A DNA stretch of 64,000 nt from an uncultured bacterium (GTDB lineage Bacteria; Patescibacteriota; Minisyncoccia; Phycocordibacterales; GCA-2401445), in contig CALFYW010000055.1 of NCBI GenBank assembly GCA_937952265.1, positions 149,030-213,029 of the forward strand. Direction: 5' to 3'. The notes beneath the pieces were generated by a model. The model worked only from the letters and a program-made list of their open reading frames with translations, did not search any database and was not told the DNA's origin. A program made the translations under genes and the position numbers. Of this stretch, positions 35,009 to 44,083 are shown piece by piece. The first letter of the stretch is position 1. Every line of letters begins with the position of its first letter.

Positions 35009-35704
35009 CTAATCCCACTTTTTTTCAAGCAGTGCTTGGCGAGCTGCTTCTTGTTCAGCTTCCTGTTTTGACTTTCCTTTTCCATACCCTATGATCTCAT
35101 CTTCAAGTAGCACCCCCACTCGAAACTCTTTATCATGGTCAGGGCCAATTTCTTCAATGACCTTATACGCGGGAGTAATTCCCGTTTTCTCTTGCGCGCA
35201 TTCTTGAAACTTACTCTTTGCATCCTGCCAAAGCCCTTGCGAGAGAATCTCTTCGAGTCGTGGAAAGAGAAAACGAGAGACGAGTTTCTCTGCGGCACCA
35301 TAGCCTTGATCAAGATACACCGCGCCAATGATTGCCTCGAAAGTATTGGCAAGAATAAATTGCCGCGCTCTTCCAATATCCCGGGATTCTCCACGTGAGA
35401 GCAGAAGATACATGTTCACATCCAAAGTCTCTGCCACATTTGCAAGAGAGATTGTGTTTACTAGCGCAGATCGATACGCCGTTAATTCCCCTTCGTTTTT
35501 TTCTGGATACTTCTTAAAAAGGAAGACTGTGGTGATGAGTTCAAGTACTGCATCGCCCAAAAACTCGAGACGTTCATTGTGTGAGCCTGAAGTGAGTGCT
35601 CCTCGAGTTTCGTTTAGATATGAACGATGGGTAAATGCTTGTTTGAGAAGATCTTGATCACGAAAAGTAACATCGATTTTTTTTTCAAATTCACGCAAGT
35701 CCAT
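35009..35704 (-). CDS. rnc: Ribonuclease III
   Basis: NERLEFLGDAVL, FEAIIGA.YLDQG, dsRBD. Confidence 0.97.
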   Translation of the reverse strand: MDLREFEKKIDVTFRDQDLLKQAFTHRSYLNETRGALTSGSHNERLEFLGDAVLELITTVFLFKKYPEKNEGELTAYRSALVNTISLANVAETLDVNMYLLLSRGESRDIGRARQFILANTFEAIIGAVYLDQGYGAAEKLVSRFLFPRLEEILSQGLWQDAKSKFQECAQEKTGITPAYKVIEEIGPDHDKEFRVGVLLEDEIIGYGKGKSKQEAEQEAARQALLEKKWD

Positions 35705-35706
35705 AA

Positions 35707-36624
35707 TTATTGATTTGATTTAATGCTGATCTTTTCAACCGCTTTAGTAACAATCGGGAGAATGTCATCATAAAAATTGAGATCTTCGAGCTCTGCCATT
35801 GAAAACCACGAAGCGGCATCAAGACCTCCTGATTCTTTGAGAGAGAGTTTCTGATGCTTTGCCTGAGCTAGAAAATAGATGACCTGTTTTCTTAATTTTC
35901 CTTTTTCTGGATGGGATGCAACATATTCATTCTTTCCTATTTCTTCTTCAACGGTGATAGGGAGTTTTATTTCTTCCATAACCACTCGAGATACACCCTC
36001 TTTTGCATCTTCTTTTTCTTCTAAATGACCCTTGGAGAGGGTCCAGTGGCCAAAGACATCATGCACGAGCGCGAAGAAAATTTTTTTTTCATCATGCGCG
36101 TAAATGACCGCCCCTACCAAACGCTCAATGGGCATCTTCTCGAAAGGAACTTCAGGAGGGGCGCCTTTTTTCCCTGCTTGAGCTTTTGATTGTTCGTGTT
36201 TTCCAGGTTCTCCTATTTCCTTATAAATAGCTCCTAATACTCCATTTACAAAACGCCCGCTCGTCTCTCCTCCAAAAGTTTTTGCGAGCTCTACAGCCTC
36301 ATTGATGGCTACTTTTGCGGGAACTTGTGAGCGATCTCCAAAGAGGAGCTCGTAAAGACCGATACGAAGCACGTTTCGATCAACCACTGATATTTTCTTG
36401 AGTGGCCATTCAGGAGCGGCTTTCTCAATAATCTGATCAAGATCCTCTCTTTTCTCAACAATGTGTTTAAGCAACAGCAACGCAAAAGATCGATCCGTGA
36501 TACCAGGAGCAAATTCTTCAATATTGGCGTCAAAAATTGCTTCGTGGGAAGACTTTTGTTCATTGAAGTCCCACTCGAAAAGTGTTTGAAGAACTATTGA
36601 TCTGGACAGGTGTCGGTTTGCCAT
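35707..36624 (-). CDS. nusB: NusB fused to a C-terminal NUDIX-like domain
   Basis: MANRHLSR, VDRNVLR, VAINEAVELAK.FG, FVNGVL; then WTLSKGHLEEKE...R..MEE. Confidence 0.92.
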   Translation of the reverse strand: MANRHLSRSIVLQTLFEWDFNEQKSSHEAIFDANIEEFAPGITDRSFALLLLKHIVEKREDLDQIIEKAAPEWPLKKISVVDRNVLRIGLYELLFGDRSQVPAKVAINEAVELAKTFGGETSGRFVNGVLGAIYKEIGEPGKHEQSKAQAGKKGAPPEVPFEKMPIERLVGAVIYAHDEKKIFFALVHDVFGHWTLSKGHLEEKEDAKEGVSRVVMEEIKLPITVEEEIGKNEYVASHPEKGKLRKQVIYFLAQAKHQKLSLKESGGLDAASWFSMAELEDLNFYDDILPIVTKAVEKISIKSNQ

Positions 36625-36689
36625 TTGATTGTAAAAAAACGAAAAGAAACGTTTAGAGAACCGCACCCTCCCTTTAAGAACCCGGTGGT

Positions 36690-36941
36690 TTATTTAGAGC
36701 TGGGAGGAGTATTTTCTTTTTGCGTACGCTTCTTTTTCCGTTCTAACTTTTTTGCAGATATTTGAGCAATATCAACCACTACTTTTCCCCGATAGCGGCC
36801 AGTAATTGGAGAGACACGATGACGGAGAGACGGAGTCGATCCCTCTCCCTCTTTATCTTTTGAGAGACGCGGCAAAGTTAAGCCGTGATGTGATCTACGG
36901 TTTCGAGTATGCGCTCGCGTATGTCTCATTCGTACAGTCAT
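36690..36941 (-). CDS. rpmF: 50S ribosomal protein L32 (no Zn cysteines)
   Basis: RHTRAHTRNRRSH...HRVSPITGRYRG; upstream of nusB-rnc. Confidence 0.88.
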   Translation of the reverse strand: MTVRMRHTRAHTRNRRSHHGLTLPRLSKDKEGEGSTPSLRHRVSPITGRYRGKVVVDIAQISAKKLERKKKRTQKENTPPSSK

Positions 36942-36963
36942 AGTGCCAGTATACTGTTCATTT

Positions 36964-37554
36964 CTATTTTGGCAAGTACACCTTCTTTAGAAAGGAAACG
37001 CGGTGCTCGGGGGTAATTCCGTGTTTTTTAATTTCTTCAATATGCCCGCTGGTGCCATAGCCTTTATGGCGTGAGAAAGAAAATTCTGGATAACGTATTT
37101 CATACCTCGATATTCGCCGATCACGAAGCACCTTCGCGGCAATTGACGCGAGAGCGATAATGGGTTCTTTCGCGTCACCACTAATGATTGTTTGTTGGTT
37201 TAAGTATACGAGCGGAGCTCGTAATGACCCATCGAGAAGCACGCGCGCAAGAGGTGCAACGCGGTTTCTTTTAAGGAGACGCGCGATAAGCGTACGCAGT
37301 GAGTTTCCTATTCCATACCGATCAATACTCCGAGCTTCTACATATGCCACATCAAAAATAAGTTCTGATTTCGGCATTTCCTGTATCTTTTGAAACCAGT
37401 AGGAGCGCCCTACTTTTGTAAGCGCTTTTGAATCTTTTACGCCAGAGAAAATTTTAAGTATCTGAGGATCTCGTACCGCGCACATGCCTACGGCTACGGG
37501 ACCAGCGATAGAACCACGGCCTACTTCATCAAGGCCAATTATCCGGTATGTCAT
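36964..37554 (-). CDS. rnhB: Ribonuclease HII
   Basis: GLDEVGRGSIAGPV, DSKAL, LDG, ASIAAKVLRD, HKGYGT, HRVSF. Confidence 0.96.
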   Translation of the reverse strand: MTYRIIGLDEVGRGSIAGPVAVGMCAVRDPQILKIFSGVKDSKALTKVGRSYWFQKIQEMPKSELIFDVAYVEARSIDRYGIGNSLRTLIARLLKRNRVAPLARVLLDGSLRAPLVYLNQQTIISGDAKEPIIALASIAAKVLRDRRISRYEIRYPEFSFSRHKGYGTSGHIEEIKKHGITPEHRVSFLKKVYLPK

Positions 37555-37583
37555 GTAAAGAAAGGGTGACTTTCAGGTACCAA

Positions 37584-38120
37584 TTATCGACGCGGGCCAA
37601 GTAAACAATAGTCCCATGCACCCTGGTCTGAAGACGGTAAATTAAAGGTGCTTACTTCTGAGAAAAATTGTAGAACGTACTCATAGTCGTTAATGGAGAT
37701 CTGGCCTCCGTCACACGTCCACCCTGATCCAACTTGTCGAGAATATTCAAAACAACGGTTTGAGAGAGGGTCCTGCGGAAGTGTATCCATATAGCCTCCG
37801 CTCACTAATGGAGCAAAAACTTCGTCAAATCCTTGGCCGGGGTATTGTGTATAACCACACGGATTAGGATCATCATTAGGTCTACTTGAGTAATGCCCAT
37901 TAGTAGCTCCTGGGGGATATTGACCCGTGCTTGCATGGTATACATGTAATGCCGATTGGAGTTGTTTTAATTCACTAATTCTTTTCGTATCACGAGCCTT
38001 GGCACGAGCCGTATCTAAACCAGTAAGCACGATTGAGGAAAGCAGACCAATAATTGCAACAACTACTAAAAGTTCGATGAGTGTAAAACCTGATTTTTTT
38101 TTCTGAACAAAAATCGTCAT
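37584..38120 (-). CDS. Type IV pilin / GspG-like prepilin
   Basis: KKSG|FTLIELLVVVAIIGLL prepilin cleavage motif, ARAKARD.KR, LPQDP; paired Cys. Confidence 0.92.
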   Translation of the reverse strand: MTIFVQKKKSGFTLIELLVVVAIIGLLSSIVLTGLDTARAKARDTKRISELKQLQSALHVYHASTGQYPPGATNGHYSSRPNDDPNPCGYTQYPGQGFDEVFAPLVSGGYMDTLPQDPLSNRCFEYSRQVGSGWTCDGGQISINDYEYVLQFFSEVSTFNLPSSDQGAWDYCLLGPRR

Positions 38121-38136
38121 AGGTATGTATTTATAA

Positions 38137-38397
38137 TTATAATACGGGAAGCCCAGGATCAGAAATCTGTTGAGGTTTTGAGCTAGCAGGATCTTCCCCC
38201 CCAAACCCCACAAAAAAAGTAGTTACAATCATGACCATTGCTAACCCAATGAGTATGATATTCGCCTGTGAATTTGTTTTCGCAAGCTTTGCTTTAATGA
38301 GCCATTGCACCATTCTAGGTGCTTTAGCGGATGGTTCAATTCGGCTATAGAGAATCTTCCGCTCACTACTTTCTCCTTCAAATTGTACGTCTACCAT
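38137..38397 (-). CDS. Small single-TM protein (paralog 1)
   Basis: MVDVQFEG...WLIKAKLAKTNSQAN.ILIG TM. Confidence 0.7.
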   Translation of the reverse strand: MVDVQFEGESSERKILYSRIEPSAKAPRMVQWLIKAKLAKTNSQANIILIGLAMVMIVTTFFVGFGGEDPASSKPQQISDPGLPVL

Positions 38398-38414
38398 AAA
38401 AAATATTTACTAGA

Positions 38415-38657
38415 CTAATAAATTAAATATATATTTTTTGAAATCCAATACAGTATCATCCCTCCCATCGCCACAAGCATTAACATAGAAAATCTGAAAA
38501 GAATTTGCTTTGCTTTTTTTTCATTTTGAGCAAGGCGCAACTTCAACAGGTACTTTACCAAGACGGGCGTACGATCTAGGACATCCGCGACATCACGTAA
38601 AAACTCACCCTCTTGTTCAAATTTTCTATTCTTTCCTTCAAATTGTACGTTTACCAT
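38415..38657 (-). CDS. Small single-TM protein (paralog 2)
   Basis: MVNVQFEG...YLLKLRLAQNEKKAK.IL TM. Confidence 0.7.
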   Translation of the reverse strand: MVNVQFEGKNRKFEQEGEFLRDVADVLDRTPVLVKYLLKLRLAQNEKKAKQILFRFSMLMLVAMGGMILYWISKNIYLIY

Positions 38658-38725
38658 AAAAATGATCTGATGCGCGTCCCCTCATAGCCTGTTATAATGC
38701 CATAACGCTTACCATTAATTCTACT

Positions 38726-41700
38726 ATGCCGTCTCATTTTGTACATCTACATGTCCACACCCACTATAGCCTCCTGGGCGCGCTTCCCAAAATCCCCGAA
38801 TTAGTTAAAAAGGCAAAAGAATACGGCATGTCCTCCCTTGCGATCACTGATAACGGAAACTTATACGGAGCAATTGAATTCTATAAAGAGTGTAGGAAGG
38901 CCGATATTAAACCTATTATCGGTGTTGACGCGTATGTGGCAGCACGTACGCGCCATGACAAACAAACCGGTATTGATAATCGAAGAACCAGAGTGGTGCT
39001 TCTTGCAAAAGATCTTGAAGGATACCGTAATCTAATCTCTCTTATTACCAAAGCGAATCTTGAAGGTTTTTACTATAAACCACGAATTGATCTTGAATTG
39101 CTCGCATCACATCGAAGTGGCTTAATTGCAATTATTCCTGCTTCAAACAGCACTCTTTCCATAGCAGTTGAACAGAATGATCGCCAGGAGATCGAGCGGA
39201 TTACCACGTGGTATCAAAAGTATTTTCGAGAAAAGGTATATGTAGAGATCACCCATCACCCACATATTGAAGGACATACTGAGAAGATGGAGCGTCTCTA
39301 TAAAATTGCACAGGAGGCTAGCATTCCTGTCGTTGCATCGCAAAACGTCTTTTATCTTAACAAAGACGATCAAAAAGCCTGGGAAACGCTTCTTTCTGTA
39401 CAAACCAATCAAGCAAGCCAGGATCGGCAATTCGAAGCACAGGATGACTTCTCTTTTATTTCCGGAGAAACCATTGAATCTTTCTTCAAAGAAAATCCGA
39501 AGGCGGTTGAAAATAGTGCAATAATTGCAGAGCAGTGCAATCTCGACCTCTCTCTCGGTTCATGGGTATTCCCTCAATATGTCACCGAAAAAGGCCAATC
39601 GTACGAATCAGCATTAAGGAGTCTGGTTGAGAAGGGGTTGGTTGAACGATCTATTACAAACACCAAGGAAGTGAGTGATCGAATTGATTATGAACTTGAT
39701 ATTATTAATCGAAAAGGATACGCCCCCTATTTCTTGGTTGTTTCAGATCTCTTGCAATACGCTCGAAAGAATAAGATTTTTAGCACTACCCGTGGATCAG
39801 CTGCTGGCTCACTTGTCTCATATTTAACTTTTATTACCACCGTAAATCCGCTCGAGTACAAACTCCCCTTTGAACGATTTCTCAATCCACATCGCCCATC
39901 ACCTCCAGATATTGATATGGACATCGCGGATAATCGCCGTGACGAAATGATTGAGTATGTACGTAACCGATATGGCGACGATAAAGTTGCCCAGATTGGA
40001 ACATTTGGAACTATGATGGCCCGGGGATCAGTGCGCGATGTTGCTCGGGCACTAGGATTCCCTTATGAGGTAGGAGACCGTATTGCCAAATTAATCCCTA
40101 TGGGATCGCAAGGGTTTCCTATGACGCTTGATATTGCCCTTGAGAAGATCCCTGAATTGGCATCGATGTACAAAAAAGACGCACCAACAAAGCAAATTAT
40201 TGATATGGCAAAGAAGATTGAAGGATGTGCGCGCCATATCTCAGTGCACGCAGCGGGTGTCGTCATTGCCCCAAAGCCACTTACTGATTTTGTACCCCTC
40301 CAACTCGACCCTAAAGGAGAAAATAAAGTTATTACTCAATACGACATGCATGCTGTTGAGGATGCGGGTTTGCTTAAATTCGACTTTCTTGGAATCCGAA
40401 ATCTCTCTATTCTCGCGGATGCCGTTGAAAAAGTAGCATTACTCGAAGGAAAAGAGATCGATATTGAGAATATTCCGCTTGATGATAAAGCTACGTTTAA
40501 CCTTCTTGCGCAAGGAGAGACGACGGGGATTTTTCAGCTTAATGGGTCGGGTATGACGCGCCATCTTAAAGAGCTCCAACCAAGCACGATTCATGACATC
40601 AATGCAATGGTTGCGCTCTATCGCCCAGGACCTATGGAGGTAATCCCTGAATATATTCGCCGGAAAAACAATAAAGCGCTCGTCTCATACCTTGACCCAC
40701 GAATGAAGCGCTACCTCGAAGAATCCTATGGTCTGATTGTCTATCAGGATGACCTTCTCTTTTCCGCCGTTGAACTTGCAGGGTATAGTTGGGCTGAAGC
40801 AGATAAATTTCGAAAAGCAGTTGGGAAAAAAATTCCCGCGGAAATGGCAGCTCAAAAAGAAAAATTCAGCAAAGGAATTGTTGAAAATGGACAAACAAAA
40901 GAATTTGCTGAAAAACTCTGGAAACTGTTTGAGCCTTTTCAAGCCTATGGTTTCAACAAAGCCCATGCCGCAAGCTATGGCCGTGTTGCCTACCAAACCG
41001 CATACATGAAAGCAAATTATCCGGCAATCTACATGGCTTCAATACTCACCGCGGAATCTGGAGACGTTGAAAAAATCGGTGAAGTCGTTGCAGAGTGTAG
41101 TCGAATGAATATCCCCGTACTTCCACCAAGCATCAATGAAAGTTTTGAAGGGTTCACCGTGGTTAAAGGAGACATCGATAGTATTCGATTCGGGCTCACG
41201 ACAATTAAAAATTTTGGCGAGGGTATCGCGCACGTTATCATACAAGAAAGAGAACAACACGGACGTTTCAAATCACTCATGGATTTCCTCGAACGTATTA
41301 CAGACCGAAATCTCAATAAGAAATCACTTGAATCTTTAATTAAAGCTGGGGCTCTCGATGATTTTGAAGATCGTGGCCGCCTTCTCGGAAATCTCGATCT
41401 CTTGCTTGCATTTAACCGTGAGAAAATTAAACAAGACCAAAACCAAAACTCCCTATTTTCGACCTCATCCGAGAGTGGGCTCACTCTAAGTGCTACTAAT
41501 CCCATACCTGCTATTGAACGGCTCCAATGGGAAAAAGAGCTTCTCGGCCTTTATATTTCTGGACACCCGCTTGAATCCTACCAAAAATCACTTCATGGTA
41601 TTCCAAGCATTGATCAGGTAAAGAGTAATCTTCGTGAAGGCGTTACAGGTGTTGTTGCAGGTATTGTGGAAGAAGTGCGAATGGTCTACACCAAAAAAAA

Positions 41701-41911
41701 TGAGGCGATGGGTTTTGTTCGCATTTCTGACACTTCCTCAGGGATTGAGATGGTATTTTTCCCTAAAGTTTATCAAGAATATCAAGAGCACCTCTCTCCA
41801 GGAAATGCAATTAAGATACAAGGGCGACTCTCTAACCGAAATGGAACCCAAAGCATTATTGTTGAGAAACTAAAACCGCTTGAAAGAGACACCGAGCGCA
41901 CGAGCGTGTAA
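38726..41911 (+). CDS. dnaE: DNA polymerase III alpha subunit
   Basis: PHP domain HLHVHTHYS, RGSAAGS, PPDIDMD, LLKFDFLG, YGFNKAHA, OB domain. Confidence 0.98.
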   Translation: MPSHFVHLHVHTHYSLLGALPKIPELVKKAKEYGMSSLAITDNGNLYGAIEFYKECRKADIKPIIGVDAYVAARTRHDKQTGIDNRRTRVVLLAKDLEGYRNLISLITKANLEGFYYKPRIDLELLASHRSGLIAIIPASNSTLSIAVEQNDRQEIERITTWYQKYFREKVYVEITHHPHIEGHTEKMERLYKIAQEASIPVVASQNVFYLNKDDQKAWETLLSVQTNQASQDRQFEAQDDFSFISGETIESFFKENPKAVENSAIIAEQCNLDLSLGSWVFPQYVTEKGQSYESALRSLVEKGLVERSITNTKEVSDRIDYELDIINRKGYAPYFLVVSDLLQYARKNKIFSTTRGSAAGSLVSYLTFITTVNPLEYKLPFERFLNPHRPSPPDIDMDIADNRRDEMIEYVRNRYGDDKVAQIGTFGTMMARGSVRDVARALGFPYEVGDRIAKLIPMGSQGFPMTLDIALEKIPELASMYKKDAPTKQIIDMAKKIEGCARHISVHAAGVVIAPKPLTDFVPLQLDPKGENKVITQYDMHAVEDAGLLKFDFLGIRNLSILADAVEKVALLEGKEIDIENIPLDDKATFNLLAQGETTGIFQLNGSGMTRHLKELQPSTIHDINAMVALYRPGPMEVIPEYIRRKNNKALVSYLDPRMKRYLEESYGLIVYQDDLLFSAVELAGYSWAEADKFRKAVGKKIPAEMAAQKEKFSKGIVENGQTKEFAEKLWKLFEPFQAYGFNKAHAASYGRVAYQTAYMKANYPAIYMASILTAESGDVEKIGEVVAECSRMNIPVLPPSINESFEGFTVVKGDIDSIRFGLTTIKNFGEGIAHVIIQEREQHGRFKSLMDFLERITDRNLNKKSLESLIKAGALDDFEDRGRLLGNLDLLLAFNREKIKQDQNQNSLFSTSSESGLTLSATNPIPAIERLQWEKELLGLYISGHPLESYQKSLHGIPSIDQVKSNLREGVTGVVAGIVEEVRMVYTKKNEAMGFVRISDTSSGIEMVFFPKVYQEYQEHLSPGNAIKIQGRLSNRNGTQSIIVEKLKPLERDTERTSV

Positions 41912-41922
41912 TTGACCAGCAT

Positions 41923-41950
41923 AAAAAAACGCCCAGAGAGGGCGATTTTT
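41923..41950. terminator. Bidirectional terminator between dnaE and the sortase substrate
   Basis: AAAAAAACGCCC-AGAGA-GGGCGATTTTT. Confidence 0.65.
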
Positions 41951-42501
41951 TATGCGTAACGCTTTAGTTGCATTTTTCTAAATCGAATCATTCGAGCTGA
42001 TTGGAGAACTTTCTTTCCTTTCTTTATAACAAGCGCGCTTAAAAGCAAAATGATGCTTCCGAGCACCGCATGAGAGGTGGTCAGCGTATATCCGGTATAC
42101 GGAATTTGGGTAAGCGGAACTCCTGTTATTAAAGCACTCGTAACTATTTGGCTTGTGTGAATATTACTCGTAACAATACCACTCGTTACGATTCCGCTTG
42201 TTACGATATTTCCGGCAGTAATTCCGCTACTCGTAATGGATCCATGAGGAGAAACCCTACTCGTTTTAATATGGCTTGTTTTGATATTTCCCGGAATAGA
42301 GCTTCCCGTTCCAGGAGAAGAAGTAATAATACCGGAACCTAACACACCGCTCGTATAGACACGTTCCTGAGGATCAATTTCTCCTACACGAATAGCACTC
42401 GTATAGATACAAGAAATACGGCAAGCCTCTGAAGAAGCCCCGCTTATTCCCGGGAAGAGTAGGATAAGCACGATGAGTGTCGAGAGAATAATTTTTTTCA
42501 T
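41950..42501 (-). CDS. Putative sortase-anchored surface protein with pentapeptide repeats
   Basis: Signal peptide, xI/VxTS repeats, LTQIPYTG, then a TM helix and basic tail; directly downstream of the sortase. Confidence 0.8.
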   Translation of the reverse strand: MKKIILSTLIVLILLFPGISGASSEACRISCIYTSAIRVGEIDPQERVYTSGVLGSGIITSSPGTGSSIPGNIKTSHIKTSRVSPHGSITSSGITAGNIVTSGIVTSGIVTSNIHTSQIVTSALITGVPLTQIPYTGYTLTTSHAVLGSIILLLSALVIKKGKKVLQSARMIRFRKMQLKRYA

Positions 42502-42504
42502 AGA

Positions 42505-43092
42505 TTAATTTTTTGGATATACCTTAATGAGCACCCCTTCAACAATATACCGGTCATTTTTATCCCCTAACGAATTACACGTTACGAGAGTAAGATCGAT
42601 ATCTTTCTCTGAAAAATCAATGTAACTGTCTTCTACCTTAGAGAGCGACACTCGCTTCACGGAGTATTCATAAACATGAGTTTGAGAAGAGATGATGATT
42701 TGCGCTCCTGTTTTCAAGTGATTAATACCATTGAATGCTTTATAGTTTTGGTTATAGACCACAGGAAGATGGCTAGTGTGCCCAAAGATAAGCATATTGC
42801 CATCCTCTCCCAAAAGCGGAGAGTGGGGGTAGCGTACCGCTCCTCGGGTAAGCGCTTGGTCAAGTACCGCGATATTCTGCTCAACTGGATTCTCTATTGA
42901 AACTGAGATTCCTTGTGAAGGAATAGAGAGACGCAACGGAAGCGCTGAGAGAGAATCAAAATCCTGAGTAGAGATATTTTTGGAGGTTGCGGGCGCTACG
43001 AAAAAGAAAAGAAAGGAGAAAAGCGCCACGAAAAACATCCAGAGCAAAAGAAGCCCTGTTTTTCGGCACAGATTTTTAATAACATTATTCAT
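42505..43092 (-). CDS. Sortase
   Basis: N-terminal TM, LSIP, GNMLIFGH, LTLVTC and downstream R (His-Cys-Arg triad). Confidence 0.92.
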   Translation of the reverse strand: MNNVIKNLCRKTGLLLLWMFFVALFSFLFFFVAPATSKNISTQDFDSLSALPLRLSIPSQGISVSIENPVEQNIAVLDQALTRGAVRYPHSPLLGEDGNMLIFGHTSHLPVVYNQNYKAFNGINHLKTGAQIIISSQTHVYEYSVKRVSLSKVEDSYIDFSEKDIDLTLVTCNSLGDKNDRYIVEGVLIKVYPKN

Positions 43093-43098
43093 ATATAT

Positions 43099-43127
43099 AT
43101 TATACACTATATATATGGATATGTCAA
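43099..43127 (-). promoter_or_regulatory. Consensus sigma-70 promoter of the sortase gene (leaderless)
   Basis: TTGACA-17 nt-TATAAT-6 nt-ATG on the minus strand. Confidence 0.85.
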
Positions 43128-43184
43128 TTATTAGGTAGTGGTTTACCACCCTAATAAACACACGGCTTGCTTAGTAACTAAATC

Positions 43185-43227
43185 CCCTCCCCACCAGTCA
43201 ACCTGCCAGGTTGACTGGTGGGGAGGG
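43185..43227. repeat. Perfect 21-bp inverted repeat (43-bp palindrome)
   Basis: CCCTCCCCACCAGTCAACCTG-C-CAGGTTGACTGGTGGGGAGGG. Confidence 0.9.
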
Positions 43228-43282
43228 CTTATTTGCTGGTTTTTAAAGTATGCCCGAGGTCAAATCTCAGGCAGGATGCTAA

Positions 43283-43311
43283 TTGACACTATTATAATAA
43301 TCTTGTAGTAT
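43283..43311 (+). promoter_or_regulatory. Sigma-70 promoter of the putative DGR target gene
   Basis: TTGACA-17 nt-TAGTAT. Confidence 0.6.
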
Positions 43312-43463
43312 TTTTTTAGTTACGCACCTTGTAAGAAGCAAAGTATCTGCCATAGCAGAAAGTGTCTGATTCCTCGGGCCTTTTCTGCTATGGCAAACCT
43401 GCAATAAGCAGTCAGGCCCACTGGCAAAAATCGCGACTTTCTGTCGCAGAAGAGGAGACTACC

Positions 43464-44036
43464 ATGAGTGAGGTTACTCTCGATGTCGGCCTGGCTTACA
43501 AGATTAAGCAAGCTCTTTCCCGCAACGGAATCCCCGACGTTGCCGACCTTGATTGGCTGGTAACTGGCGACAACATCGCCAAGATGCGTCGGGTGCGACT
43601 CGGCCACGCCGAAATCGTCATCACCGAGCATGTGATCGACTGCGACGCCGAGCCGCTCATCCCGGACCGCTGGTATGTCGAGGAGCACCAGAAAGGCGGT
43701 GCATTCAAGTGGAGCGCCGAAGGCGTGACGCTCTATCTCGACAAGAGGCAGAAAAACGGAAAGTGGATCGATGGAAACGAACTCCGCCAAGCGCTGGCAA
43801 TGAAGCCAGTACTGAACGCCAATGTTCTCGATTACCTGCTCGCCCATCCGCACCTCATTCCCGAGGAGTGGAAGGACAAGGCCGTTTTCTTTTGGGGAAC
43901 GATCTACCGCGAGTGGAACGGCGACCCCTACGTCCGTTACCTCGACTGGTACGGCGATAGGTGGGGCTGGAGCGCCCGCTTGCTCGACGGCGACTGGAGC
44001 GATGTCTACAACACCGCCGCGGTTCCTGCAAGCTGA
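43464..44036 (+). CDS. Putative diversity-generating retroelement target protein (C-terminal CLec-like variable region)
   Basis: GC-rich gene with SD AGAGGAG. Its C-terminus VFFWGTIYR..NGDPYVRYLDWYGDRWGWSARLLDGDWSDVYNTAAVPAS resembles CPR DGR targets; NNC codons at variable-looking sites; downstream GC hairpin. Confidence 0.72.
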   Translation: MSEVTLDVGLAYKIKQALSRNGIPDVADLDWLVTGDNIAKMRRVRLGHAEIVITEHVIDCDAEPLIPDRWYVEEHQKGGAFKWSAEGVTLYLDKRQKNGKWIDGNELRQALAMKPVLNANVLDYLLAHPHLIPEEWKDKAVFFWGTIYREWNGDPYVRYLDWYGDRWGWSARLLDGDWSDVYNTAAVPAS

Positions 44037-44083
44037 ACTCGACTTTGGATTTTTGAGTTGTTGCACTTGAATCCTTTGTCCTT

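Noticed and set aside
43320-44066. 248-aa minus-strand ORF and other overlapping ORFs across the GC-rich gene
   Set aside because: Antisense and off-frame shadows caused by high GC and NNC codon bias; the plus-strand gene has the promoter, SD and family-like motifs.
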